Assembly: GCA_965645245.1 (NCBI GenBank)
Contig: OZ287083.1
Coordinates: 310,001-374,000 of the forward strand
DNA: 64,000 bases
Source of the DNA: Massalongia carnosa
Lineage: Eukaryota
Direction of reading: 5' to 3'
Numbering within the stretch: position 1 is the first letter of the stretch; the number at the start of each line of letters is the position of its first letter. A program made the translations under genes and the position numbers. Positions 11,257 through 21,870 of the stretch are shown piece after piece. Below the pieces are notes generated by a model. It saw only the letters and a program-made list of their open reading frames with translations, was not told the origin of the DNA and searched no databases.

Positions 11257-11890
11257 ATGCACCCTTCCATTGCGTTCTTCTTGGGAGCTTTGTCCGCTAC
11301 AGCCTGGGCAGCTCCTGCCACCTCTCCCAACCCCTCAGGAGTGCTCACCGCTCGCGGGCTGGACTCCACGATCGCGTCCATCCCGCCTGGTACGAGTCCG
11401 GGCTGTTCCGCTAGCAGCGCACCTCCGACCGCCCCGGCCAAATTGCGTGTTCGGCAATCCGAAGATTCCTGCCCGGCCCCAAAGGATACAACAACATGCG
11501 CCCCTGGGTTTTCGCTGCTGTGCTGCTCAGACGAGCCATTGCAAGGCGGATTGATTGTTTCTGGATGTGTCTTCAGTATGTTCCTTTTACGGCGTCGTAC
11601 ATCTTGCAACGATAACAAACACCGAGAGAGGAACTAACAAGAATGCGCGAACAGTGCTGATCAGCTCTACCTGTCCGCCGAAACAGACCCAGTGCTGCTA
11701 CGTTTGGATTAAGAACATACTGTCTGGCGGTGACCCCGACGCAAATGTGAGTTCCTGTCTCTTTTACCTTATGCGGAGCGTCTCCTTTGCCGCGATGTTT
11801 TCCGGAACGAGCAAACGCTAAACTCATGAATCAAACCCTTAGCCTGGATGGGGACAATACTGCTACAACCCATACGAGATCTCCGGGTAA
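11257..11890 (+). CDS. Small secreted cysteine-rich, hydrophobin-like protein 1 (152 aa, 3 exons)
   Basis: Exons 11257-11575, 11655-11746, 11843-11890. Introns GTATGT..CTAAC..CAG and GTGAGT..TAG. Signal peptide MHPSIAFFLGALSATAWA. Spliced core CAPGFSLLCCSDEPLQGGLIVSGCVFMLISSTCPPKQTQCCYVWIKNILSGGDPDANPGWGQYC = C-X7-CC-X13-C-X8-C-X6-CC-X22-C. Gene structure is corroborated by the paralog at 13578. Confidence 0.85.
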
Positions 11891-13577
11891 AACCCTTCGC
11901 GGCTTTACCGCTGGCATGGGGGCTCGATTTGCTGTCGATTGCCCTTTCACCCGTGGCTCCCGGAAGGCCCGATGCCCCGGGTTTCAGGGCTAGGATGAAG
12001 GATCTTGGCTTTCAAAACTTGCAGTCGGAGGCTTGAGGGTGGAAAGTTCGTTGGAACTGGAAGAGCGTGTATGATAGCTGAGAATCATAGTCCTTTAACC
12101 GTATCGTATCCAGAACTCCACGCGATACCCTGTCGCCTCTAAAATCTGCTTGCGCCCCTTTCCCTCTTACCCCTGAATCAGATCCCCCCATTTCGAGTGC
12201 ATCTTTCGGAATTATGATCCACTTCGATCCCATGTCTATGTTGATGACCGGTCAGTATTTCATATATTTAGCCCTCGAAGCATCTGTGGAAGCCTGGTCT
12301 GTATCACGTGCACATACTGGAACTCGTTAGTCCAATACGGCATTTGCCGGTAGTTATAGGTTTCCGTTTTGTTTACTCTGTACGACAAGGTTATGCCACC
12401 CTCTTGGTCTTCACCCACCTGGGCTTCACCACGATGACATGTGCTTCAATGTTGTCACTGTGGTTTAAGCCGTTCACATCGACTTCCATCACGGTTCTGT
12501 TCTCATACCCTTTGTTCCACCTGTTAAGAAGACGGATAACCGTCCGATCTCGCGTCTCCGCGGTTGCTACAGAGAACCACTTTATCCGATCACTCAATAT
12601 CTCATCCTGCTAAGGCCCTTTGACAGGCCGCCATCTATGCACTCTTGGATCAAGTTACCAGAAACTTTGATAACCTCGAACCGTGTCGGGTTGTTGCACT
12701 CGCTTTGGCTTGGTTGACTGCCGTTATCCGACTAGCTACTGCATGCTTAGCTTGCCATCCCTCATGTCCATTTTCCTTACGTACATACGGTTGACAGGCG
12801 GCTCTGTGCCGACCCATTCTGAGCTAAATTCTATGGAACGGTAAGTCGGCTTACAGAAGACTGCTTGCAAAAACCGTGTTATCGAACGCTCGAGGTTTTT
12901 CATGTGAACTCCGATTTGTTCATTCATCTATAGTTACTCTTTCCACAGCAGCAAGCTTTCTATCTAGTCTGGAGCCTGTCTTTTACTGTTGCCGTCACTG
13001 TTTCCAGGCCTTTTACAGATCAAATAATATTAGAGAGAAGAAATCAGATATTTGCATATTTTGATGCGAACCTGGGAGTAACGCTAAAGAAATTATGTGG
13101 CTTTGCTGAACCGAAATGCGAGACGAATGTAAGGCATGGCCCACTCCTGGAGCAGAGCCATATCAAATAGTCCACATGCAAAAACAAGCACCATCTGCAG
13201 AATCCGCAAAGGCGTACTAGGATAGACTGCTCTCCCGCCTGGCATGATTATCTGGATCTGAAAAGACAGGTGGATCAAGATTTCTTAACTGGACTGAAAA
13301 TAACGTTGGGGAGCCGAAAAACGCCATGGTTGTTTACTTAATCACCACAATAGGAAACAACACCTCAAAGGCCCATCGAAACGATTGGGCAATGCAACTT
13401 TTGCTATTTACATCCGGCAAAGGTTAATGAGCACCAAATATTCAGGGATCTTATGTAAAGCCACGTAAAATCCGATTCTCTCTTCTACTCCTTGTCGATC
13501 GTCGTATCGTTTATCGCTATTCCATGTTTTCGTAATCTGTCATTCCATTTGAGCTTCTTCGACGTTTTCCTTCAGTC

Positions 13578-14579
13578 ATGAGATTCTTTCTCAGCTTGGT
13601 TATCGCAGCTCCCTTCACTGTAGTGATTGTGAGTGCCCTTCCATCTGGGTTTGGCTTTCCTCAGCAGGAGGGTGATAGCGCTATTCTATTCAACGATGCC
13701 AGTTCGGAGAACCTAGCCAGCTTGCCGGTAGAATACTCGTCGGGATTTTCTCCACCCATCAACCCAGACAGTTCGGTCGCTCTCCCAATATATTACTCGA
13801 CTGATTTTGCAGCAGCGTTTAACCATGATGACCAAAACGAGCACTCAATGGAATCTCCTAGCGGACTTTCGACATCCGATCCGGAAAAATCAATGTTCTC
13901 CCTTGTAGGCTCCCAGTCCGAATTCCCACTGCCTTCCTTGGACAGTAAGTCAGCAGGCTCTCCGGTTAACTCTTGGCCTGGATTCGCACTGGCTCTCGAC
14001 CCAGGGGCCACTGCTGTTGGCGGCAATCTCGCACCTTCTGTCGCCAAAAAGGCTGCAGGCGCTACCGCGGGATGTTTCCACAGCAGTGTTCCACCCCACG
14101 CTTTGCGAGCGCGGGAGGAAGATGATGATACCGTCCAGCCAAACACTTGCCCGGTCCCTCAGGAGAGGAAAATCCGGTGCCCTAGCCCTTTTCGCCTTCT
14201 CTGTTGTGCGGACGAGCCGCTAGATGACGGTGTAATAATAAGCGGATGCATTTTCGGTATGTCTTTTCTTCTAGGGAGACCCGTAAATTAAAGACTGCAC
14301 GTGCGCTGATATTTTATAACCCTAGTGTTAACGCGTCTATTACCGTGTATACCAGAGCAACAGCAATGCTGTTACCAGTACGTCAAAAATCGTCACTACC
14401 CGGTCTTGGAGTCAAATGTATGTCACCCTTTCCCCGACAACTTTTCGTTGTGATGGAGCATGACGAAAAAGTTGTTTCTTGGTCGTTAAAATCCTGATAT
14501 ACTAAAATGAGAAACACAGCCCGGCTGGGGTATGTATTGCTACAGCCCATGGGGGCTTGCATGGAAAGCCAGCCCTTGA
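13578..14579 (+). CDS. Secreted cysteine-rich, hydrophobin-like protein 2 with long Ser/Pro/acidic pro-region (276 aa, 3 exons)
   Basis: Exons 13578-14256, 14326-14417, 14520-14579. Introns GTATGT..CTGAT..TAG and GTATGT..CAG lie at the same positions and phases as in paralog 1; the middle exon is 92 nt in both. Signal peptide MRFFLSLVIAAPFTVVIVSA. Core CPSPFRLLCCADEPLDDGVIISGCIFVLTRLLPCIPEQQQCCYQYVKNRHYPVLESNPGWGMYC = C-X7-CC-X13-C-X9-C-X6-CC-X21-C. Confidence 0.85.
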
Positions 14580-14949
14580 TGGGTCGAGCCCTGGAAACGG
14601 CCAACGTTGGATCGGTACACGGCCACTCCACAACTTCCCACCAAACCCGCCACCGGAAAAGCCACGCTCTCGGGGGCTTCGAAGTCGCACGAATTTTCAG
14701 ATAGCGTGGCTTGAGTTGGCTGGATGAACGAAAAGGTGCAAAACCGAAGCCTGCCGGGGGAACGGCTGTGTAGATACATTGGCGTGGCACGAGGCGCCAA
14801 AGCCTGGAACAGTTGTACCTACATATTTAAATGGGATCAGGTTATTCCCATCTCTCTGATCCCCATCGGCCTTCTTCTTTAACCCAACCCAATCCCACCA
14901 GTCCAGTCTTCCCCCCTTCAATAACGAAATTCGCGCGAAAAGTTGCTAG

Positions 14950-14994
14950 ATATGTATATATGTATACGCGCGCGCGCACACACATATACACGCA
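14950..14994. repeat. 45-bp perfect alternating purine/pyrimidine tract (TA/TG/CG/CA)
   Basis: atatgtatatatgtatacgcgcgcgcgcacacacatatacacgca. Confidence 0.85.
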
Positions 14995-15731
14995 ACTACA
15001 AATCATGCCATGCTATGATATACTACACGCGCCCACATTAAATCCATAACCTATCTGAAATATCTAGCTAGTTAAGCCAAAGCTGAAAGATTCAAGCTCA
15101 ACGGTTGATATGAAATATGAAATACTATGAAACAACTTTCTTTTCTTTTCCTTTCCATTCAGTCCGCGGTCTCAGTCCTAGGCCTAGTCCTAGTCCCCAG
15201 TCCCGAAGGAGTAAGTAGCAAGGAACAAGGGTTAAGAAGGACAAACGGGGGGGGGTGGGGGGTTGGTATGAAAGTATGAAAGTATGAAGTAGGTATGGGA
15301 AGAGAGAAGTCCGAGGAGTCCGAGGATAAGGGGTAAGGTTTAGGTGTAAGTAAGTATAGGTACGGGATATGAATAACTGGGAATATAACATATCCCCAAA
15401 ACCTCCCTAGACAAACAAAATATCCCATTCTCCAACCCCCCCCCAAAAGAAATAAAGAAACAAGGGATTTTCCCCAGGATTTCCACGGTTTCGTTACTTG
15501 CTTATGGCAAGGTAGGTAAGTAGGTGTCTGAAGAAGAAGGTGAAGGAGAAAAAGAAGAAAAAGGGGAACAACCGAAAATTTCCCCGGGACCCTACTAGAG
15601 GCGTGGGGTTAAACCTATCGGCCGGTTAAGCCGGAATAGCTAGATGTAGCTTTCACCGACTAAAGCTCTCAAGCCTTAGAGCAAAAGAAGAAGGGAGATA
15701 AAACCGAGTAACCCCCTTCGCGCCTCGGCCA

Positions 15732-18700
15732 TCAAACCCGATTCCTATGCCGTACCCTTGCGTTATCCGACCGATCCGCCTCCCCCTCGCTGGCGGTGCC
15801 AAACCCATACCCGCCGCCACCCAGCCTCTTCCTCCTACCCCTACGATCCCCGAACTTCTCGTCGAATTTGCGGATGGCGCTCAGGGAGCCCATGTCTTCG
15901 CTGATGCTAGCGCTAATCTCCTCCATCGCGCGCACGAAGTGCCGGGGCGAGAGCGTACGTCTGGGGGGGTATTTGAAGTTATTCAGACTCGGGATGGTGG
16001 TGGGGGGGGGGGATTCTTCAGAGGAGCTGGTGGTGGAGCTGGAGCTGGAGCTGGGGCTTGGGACTGGTAGGTGAGATGATGGGGGCAGCGGTGATGATTC
16101 GGTGATGGAAGAAGCGGCGGCCGAATTGGCTTGTTCGAGTTCTTCGCGAACGCAAGCAAGAGCGGCAGCGACAGCAAGGTTTTTCAGGTCGGAGCCGGAG
16201 TAGAAAGGGGTTTGGGAGGCAAGGGTAGAAAGGGAGACGGCAGGGTCGAGACGTTCATCTTTAAGGTGGATGCGAAGGATGGCTTCACGGTCGGTTTCGG
16301 TAGGCAGGTCGACGAGTAGGCGGCGGGGAAGACGGCGTAGACAGGCTTCGTCTAGGTCAAATGGTCGATTGGTGGCGACCATGATGAAGGCAGAGAGCTC
16401 GTTCATGCCGTCCCATTCGCGGAGGAACTGGTTGATGAGTTCACGGTGGGTGGACCGGTGGGAAGAGCCGCCGCGGGAGCCTAGGATGGCGTCGGCTTCG
16501 TCAATGAAGACGACGCAGGGAGTGAGTTTCTTCGCCAACGAAAAGATTGCCTTGACGTTCTTCTCGCCTTCACCAACGTACATGTCGTATACATCTACAG
16601 AGAGTTAATATATGATGTTCAGCCTCAAATAGATGGGCAAAGGTCACATACCGGAACCGCTGACTTCGAGGACTGTAGCACCGCTTTCCTTTGCCACGGC
16701 TTTGGCGAGAAGGGTTTTCCCCGTACCCGGAGGTCCGTATAGTAACAACCCAGGGATCTTATCGGTAGCCAGAACTCCATAGGTGAAAGCATCTGGCCGT
16801 GCTAGCGATAGGGACGTGAGGGTCTTCAAGGCTTCTATGGTCTCTGGTGGAGCTCGGACATCAGCAAAAGTGGTGCGAATGCTGTCGGCATCTATCACTC
16901 CGTTTAGTAGTTTCTTCTCATGAGTGTTGCAAATCTTTCGTAATTTTTTCATGCGTTCCTCGCTCGCTTCGCTTGACAGGGGTGTACATGGTGGTTTCGT
17001 GAAAGGTGTGGCGATGTCCTTCTCTTGTTGCTTTTCATGATCCATCCATTCGATTTTGGCATTGTCACTGAGAGACACCATGTGCAGAGCACGGACCACA
17101 TGTTCAGGCCCAAGCGTTTCTTGGCCATCATGCAGGCCTAGCGTAACTGTCGCAACGTGATGTATAAAATCTAGTGACCATATGTATTGTGGGAGCGCCG
17201 CTACAAACTCCATGGTTTGTGGGCTCGACATTTGATCCAACGGCCCCAACAATTGCGACTCCAACGCATTGATTGACATAAGATCGATCTTGATATGAGC
17301 TGGAGCAATACGATGAAGCATATTTTGAAGATTTCGCAGATTTATCATTGCCGTCCTAAGCCGATGGTCCCTCAACAAAGCATCACGGGAACGAGGGCGG
17401 CAGGGTGTTATTAGAGTTCTTGTCGGCCCATTGTCCGGTTCCGACTGTATTCGATGAAAAGACGATTTGGATAACGTGGGTAAGAGACCCTTTGAAGCTG
17501 AGGTTCCAACAACGAGAACCCTCTGGCCTTCCTTGCGTCTTCTTTTAACAATCTCATGCAACCTGTCCAATACCTTCGCCCCGTTGTAGGTTGTGTTTAT
17601 CTCCGGATAGTCTCTGATTAAGATTATTAGGCTCTTCGTATATGGTCCGCCCTCGTGCAAGGATCCATGGACAACTGTGTTCTCCGTTATTGTTGCATTG
17701 ACCTTGTCAGCGACTTCGGCTGTTGATTCGGCCGCTAGCCCAGTAATGTCCGTACCGACTTTATGGTCTTTTTCAAGCCGTTTCAATTCACTCGCGCCCA
17801 GTATTGTCTCGATAAATTGTGACATCATGAGATCGTTTGTTATATCCACAGTTTGCACAAACGCTTTCCCATTTGTATTTGTGGTTGGGTTTGACGATGG
17901 GGCTGCGCCTGTGATGGCTGACTTAAGCAATTCCCCGATATTGCCGCTGAACTGAGCAATAGGAATAACACCAATCCGAGGCGAGCCGAATATGCTAGAT
18001 TTTGGCCGATTTCTTCTAAAATCTTCCTCAAATTCTTCGTACTCCTCCTCTTCAGCAGGATCTTCCGTTCCCTGAGAGTCTCGAAGCGAAGCTTGCTCTG
18101 AAGACGCTCGATAAGCGTCATACCCCAGCGAACTTAGCGATCGTGTATGAGTATCCCTGCGTTCTTCAAGATAACTGCCTCCAATTTCTGCGATATCTTG
18201 TGGATCGAGCCTAATCAGATCTGCACCGTTCACGGAGGCGAGACACTTCACGAGTCCATCAAGGAAGAATGTTCCTCCATCAATGGGGCAATATAAGACC
18301 AGATGAGGTTTCGAAGACGTCCACTCATCAGCGTATTGTGCAGGAGGGACATTGAGACCTGCAGCTACCATGGAAGATATTTCATCCATAATGTTCGCAT
18401 CAACTTCGTACTTTCCGAAATCGCCTTGTATTTCGTAGAATTCCTCGCCTTTTGGAGGATCCGAGGTATCTATTTGTACCTTTGTAATGGATTCCTCCAC
18501 TCCCTCACCTGGCTGCGAATCTGGCGATAATGATAACGGCCTTTCTTCGGTAGGAATTAGTACTGTTCCCCTCGATCGAACACCAATATTAGGATCTTCT
18601 GCTTCTCCATTTTTCTCCCCAGAAGGGGTAACCATGGGTGACTCCTGCTCAGTTGGCGATGTTCCCAGTCTCTTATGGCGAACATGACGCACTTTGATTT

Positions 18701-19115
18701 GGTCAGGGATGAGTTCTCGAAGGGACACATTGTCATCGAGGAACCATTTCGGAACTTGCAGTTGAGGTACTTCCTTGACTTTCTTTATATTTCTCCCAGC
18801 TCTTCGCGCCGCCGATCCATAGTTACTCTTATCTATTGGCTTCGACGGTATGTAAGGTCCACCGTCGGCGTGATCCATAACCTCTTCCACCTCTTTAGAC
18901 TCCATTTCGGATCTATATGGCCCTGGTGGCTCTTCCACAGGGTGGTTCCATGTCCCTTCGGACCCTTTCGTAGGATCATCTTGATTTGCGTGTCGGGGTG
19001 TGGTAAGGAACGAGCGATAGGAGAGAGCGAAACGTCGGCCGGAAACAAAACGGCAAGCTTGAGGATACGAGTGGTGATACAATGCCCTTAGAGCTGGCGA
19101 GGCCGAGGGACGCAT
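15732..19115 (-). CDS. Mitochondrial AAA ATPase (Msp1/ATAD1/spastin-like AAA domain with long N-terminal region), 1108 aa
   Basis: Exons 19115-16652 and 16594-15732; intron GTATGT..TAG 16651-16595 gives SGSDVYDMYVGEGEKN. Walker A GPPGTGKT, Walker B VFIDEAD, SRH ATNRPFDLDEACLRRL. Arg/Ser-rich presequence-like N-terminus. Exact start uncertain. Confidence 0.85.
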
Positions 19116-19269
19116 CAAGCTTGACTGTGGTGATGAGCTAGCGAACGATTATATATTTGCTGCCTTTTAGGTATGGATGTGTTTTCGTCTTCAAACTGCC
19201 GGGATGGATAAACCTTCCCCCGCTAGTGAATGGCCCGTGCCCTGTGGGCTGTGGACGTTCTAAGGAAGT

Positions 19270-19277
19270 TGACGTCA
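19270..19277. promoter_or_regulatory. CRE/ATF palindrome TGACGTCA in the ~300-bp divergent promoter
   Basis: Perfect TGACGTCA midway between the AAA ATPase (19115, -) and DUF726 (19416, +) start codons. Confidence 0.4.
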
Positions 19278-19415
19278 TTACGAAATACCAAAAGCCTCAT
19301 CAATTTTACCGTTTCTGAATAGTTACGACACTCTGTCCCGGGGTGCTTCTACCGTTTGCGCAATATAATCACCATAAATTCACATGAGCACAAAGCCTAG
19401 TGCTGAATATACAAA

Positions 19416-21870
19416 ATGCTTAAGAATGTGCCATGGGCTTCGCACGAGGGAGAGAAGATCCCCGAAGGAAAACACGCCGGCGAAGGGGAAGAATCTCTAA
19501 CCTCAACCCTAGATGCACACCAGTGTAGTGAGCTTACGCTTCTCATTGCCAGCGCGACGGCCTCTATGCGCAAAACCCTTGAATCGAACTTCGATGCTGC
19601 TGTGAGACGTCGGATAGGAAAGCACCAGTTGAAATTGGTGCTAACGCATGCAGGCAACACTCTCCTCCACTCTCATCGGCGACCTCACCTCGGAAGATGA
19701 GAAGATTATGAACCCTGCCATCGATCCAGGTACCGTAGACGTCGACCAGTATGATCGCGAACGGAAGCTCAAGGATGAGCGCGAGAAGGAGCTCAGTGCG
19801 CCAAGAATGCAAGAACTCAAAGCTGCCGCCCTGGATTTTCACGACCGGTGGCGTATTAGTGTCATAGAACGGGTGGGAAAAATCGTCAACTTGAAAGAGA
19901 CTGCCGTCTCACAAGTTAAGTCGTCTTCCGCCTATGATGGGACTACACATGCTCCTTTAGATAAAAAAATCAACCCGGAGGCTTCCGAGCGGGATCAATC
20001 GTCCGACGACCTTGTTGCGACTACGTTAGAGAATCTCTACCCTCCAATTCCAAATTCGCTCTCTTCTCTTGATGAACCTACAAGAATCCTAATCCTTCAT
20101 TCTACCTTGCTGTTGTTACTCTCCCTCGAGCACTATATTGCCCAGTCCCGCGTCCTTTTACTATACCTTACCTCGTCACTCAACCTCCCTCTGAAAGTTC
20201 TCACCTCGGACGAAGAAAAGGTTGCGGTTGGTCTACTTGAAGCGGCAAAGCGCATGTCGGGCGAGTCCGAGACACAGAAGAAAGCAGAGGAGAACCAGCA
20301 ATCCCGCAAATGGAAGGTGGGCTTAGCATCTGTGGCCGGGGCAGCAATTATCGGGGTAACAGGCGGATTAGCGGCACCATTGGTGGCTGCAGGCGTTGGA
20401 AGCGTGATGGGAGGCCTTGGACTTGGTGCGACTGCTGCTGCAGGGTATCTAGGCAGCGTAGCCGGGAGCACTTTGCTGGTGGGTGGCTTGTTTGGAGCAT
20501 ATGGTGGACGAATGACAGGTCAAATGATGGACAACTATGCCCGGGAAGTCGAAGACTTTGCATTTTTACCGGTGCGGGAGAGTCTAGCAAACATAGATAA
20601 AAAAACACAGCAGGTGAAGGAGGACGGGAGGCTGGATACCTCCACCGAAAAAAAGGAAAGGTATACTGAGGATGAAGGAGACCAGAAATCCCCATCTGCC
20701 ACAGAGAAGACATTGACGAGTAAAAGCGGTGTTCAACAAACGCAGGGCGGAAAACAGTCCATCGCCCCCGAAGAGAGAGAAGAAGAAGCAGTTTCCGATC
20801 CCGGTGTCCGCCGGCTACGCGTTACCGTTGGTATATCCGGCTGGCTGACCTCCAAAGAAGAAGTTCTAACCCCTTGGCGCGTGCTAGGAGGCAATTCCGA
20901 AGTTTTTGCGCTCCGCTGGGAACTTGAGGCGTTGCTGAACCTCGGCAACAGCATCACGGCGATGGTGAGCAGCACAGCATGGGGTTATGCCAAGTCGGAG
21001 ATGATCAAGCGGACCATTTTTGCCGAACTCATGTCCGCCATGTGGCCGATAGGGCTGCTGAAAATCTCGCGCGTGGTCGACAACCCGTTCAGCATTGCAC
21101 GCAATCGGGCGGAGAAGGCAGGCGAAGTCCTCGCGGATGCTCTAATCAACAAAGCTCAAGGTGAGCGCCCGGTTACGCTGATAGGGTACTCCCTTGGTGC
21201 CAGGGTGATTTACACATGCTTGATGAGCTTGGCCAAACGTCGCGCGTTTGGGCTAGTGGAGAGTGTGGTGCTGATTGGGGCACCAACGCCAAGCGCGACA
21301 GCCGATTGGCGCGTGATGCGGAGCGTGGTAGCTAGCAGGCTCGTCAACGTGTACAGCGCGAACGACTACGTACTGGGGTTCCTGTATCGCACGTCGAGCA
21401 TCCAGTACGGGGTGGCGGGGTTGCAGAAAATCGAAGGATTGCCTTCGGTTGAGAACGTGGATGTTAGCGAGACGGTCAGCGGGCATCTGCGGTACCGATA
21501 CCTCGTTGGGAGCATCTTAAAGAAAATCGGGTTCGAAGACCTGCAGTTGGCCAAAGTGCGTCTGGAAGAGAAGGCGTTGCGGAAGATGGACGAGGAGGAG
21601 GAGCGGAAAACGCTGTTGGAGCAGGGCCGGGGGGTGGGCGAGAAGGTGCTGGAGGATGGGAAGGTGTGGAGGGACGGGAAGATCTGGAAGGATGGCAAGA
21701 TTTGGAAAGACGGCAAGATCTGGGGGGGCGGGGAGGAAAAGGAGGGGAAGGGGAAGGAGACCACCGAAGGAGTGGAGCAGGAGGCTGAGAGGATGGAAGA
21801 AGAAGTCAAAGCCAAGACGGAGAAGAGTCTCGTGCAGCGCGCACGGGAGCAGCTGTACATCGGCAAGTGA
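19416..21870 (+). CDS. DUF726 / TMCO4 / Mil1-like alpha/beta-hydrolase-fold protein, 800 aa
   Basis: Exons 19416-19601 and 19654-21870 (intron GTGAGA..CTAAC..CAG). Motifs KWKVGLASVAGAAIIGVTGGLAAPLV, RPVTLIGYSLGARVI (GxSxG), NVYSANDYVL, VSGHLRY. Confidence 0.88.
21655..21723 (+). repeat. Coding 18-bp repeat x4 encoding DGK[VI]W[RK]
   Basis: GAT GGG AAG GTG TGG AGG / GAC GGG AAG ATC TGG AAG / GAT GGC AAG ATT TGG AAA / GAC GGC AAG ATC TGG. Confidence 0.9.
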
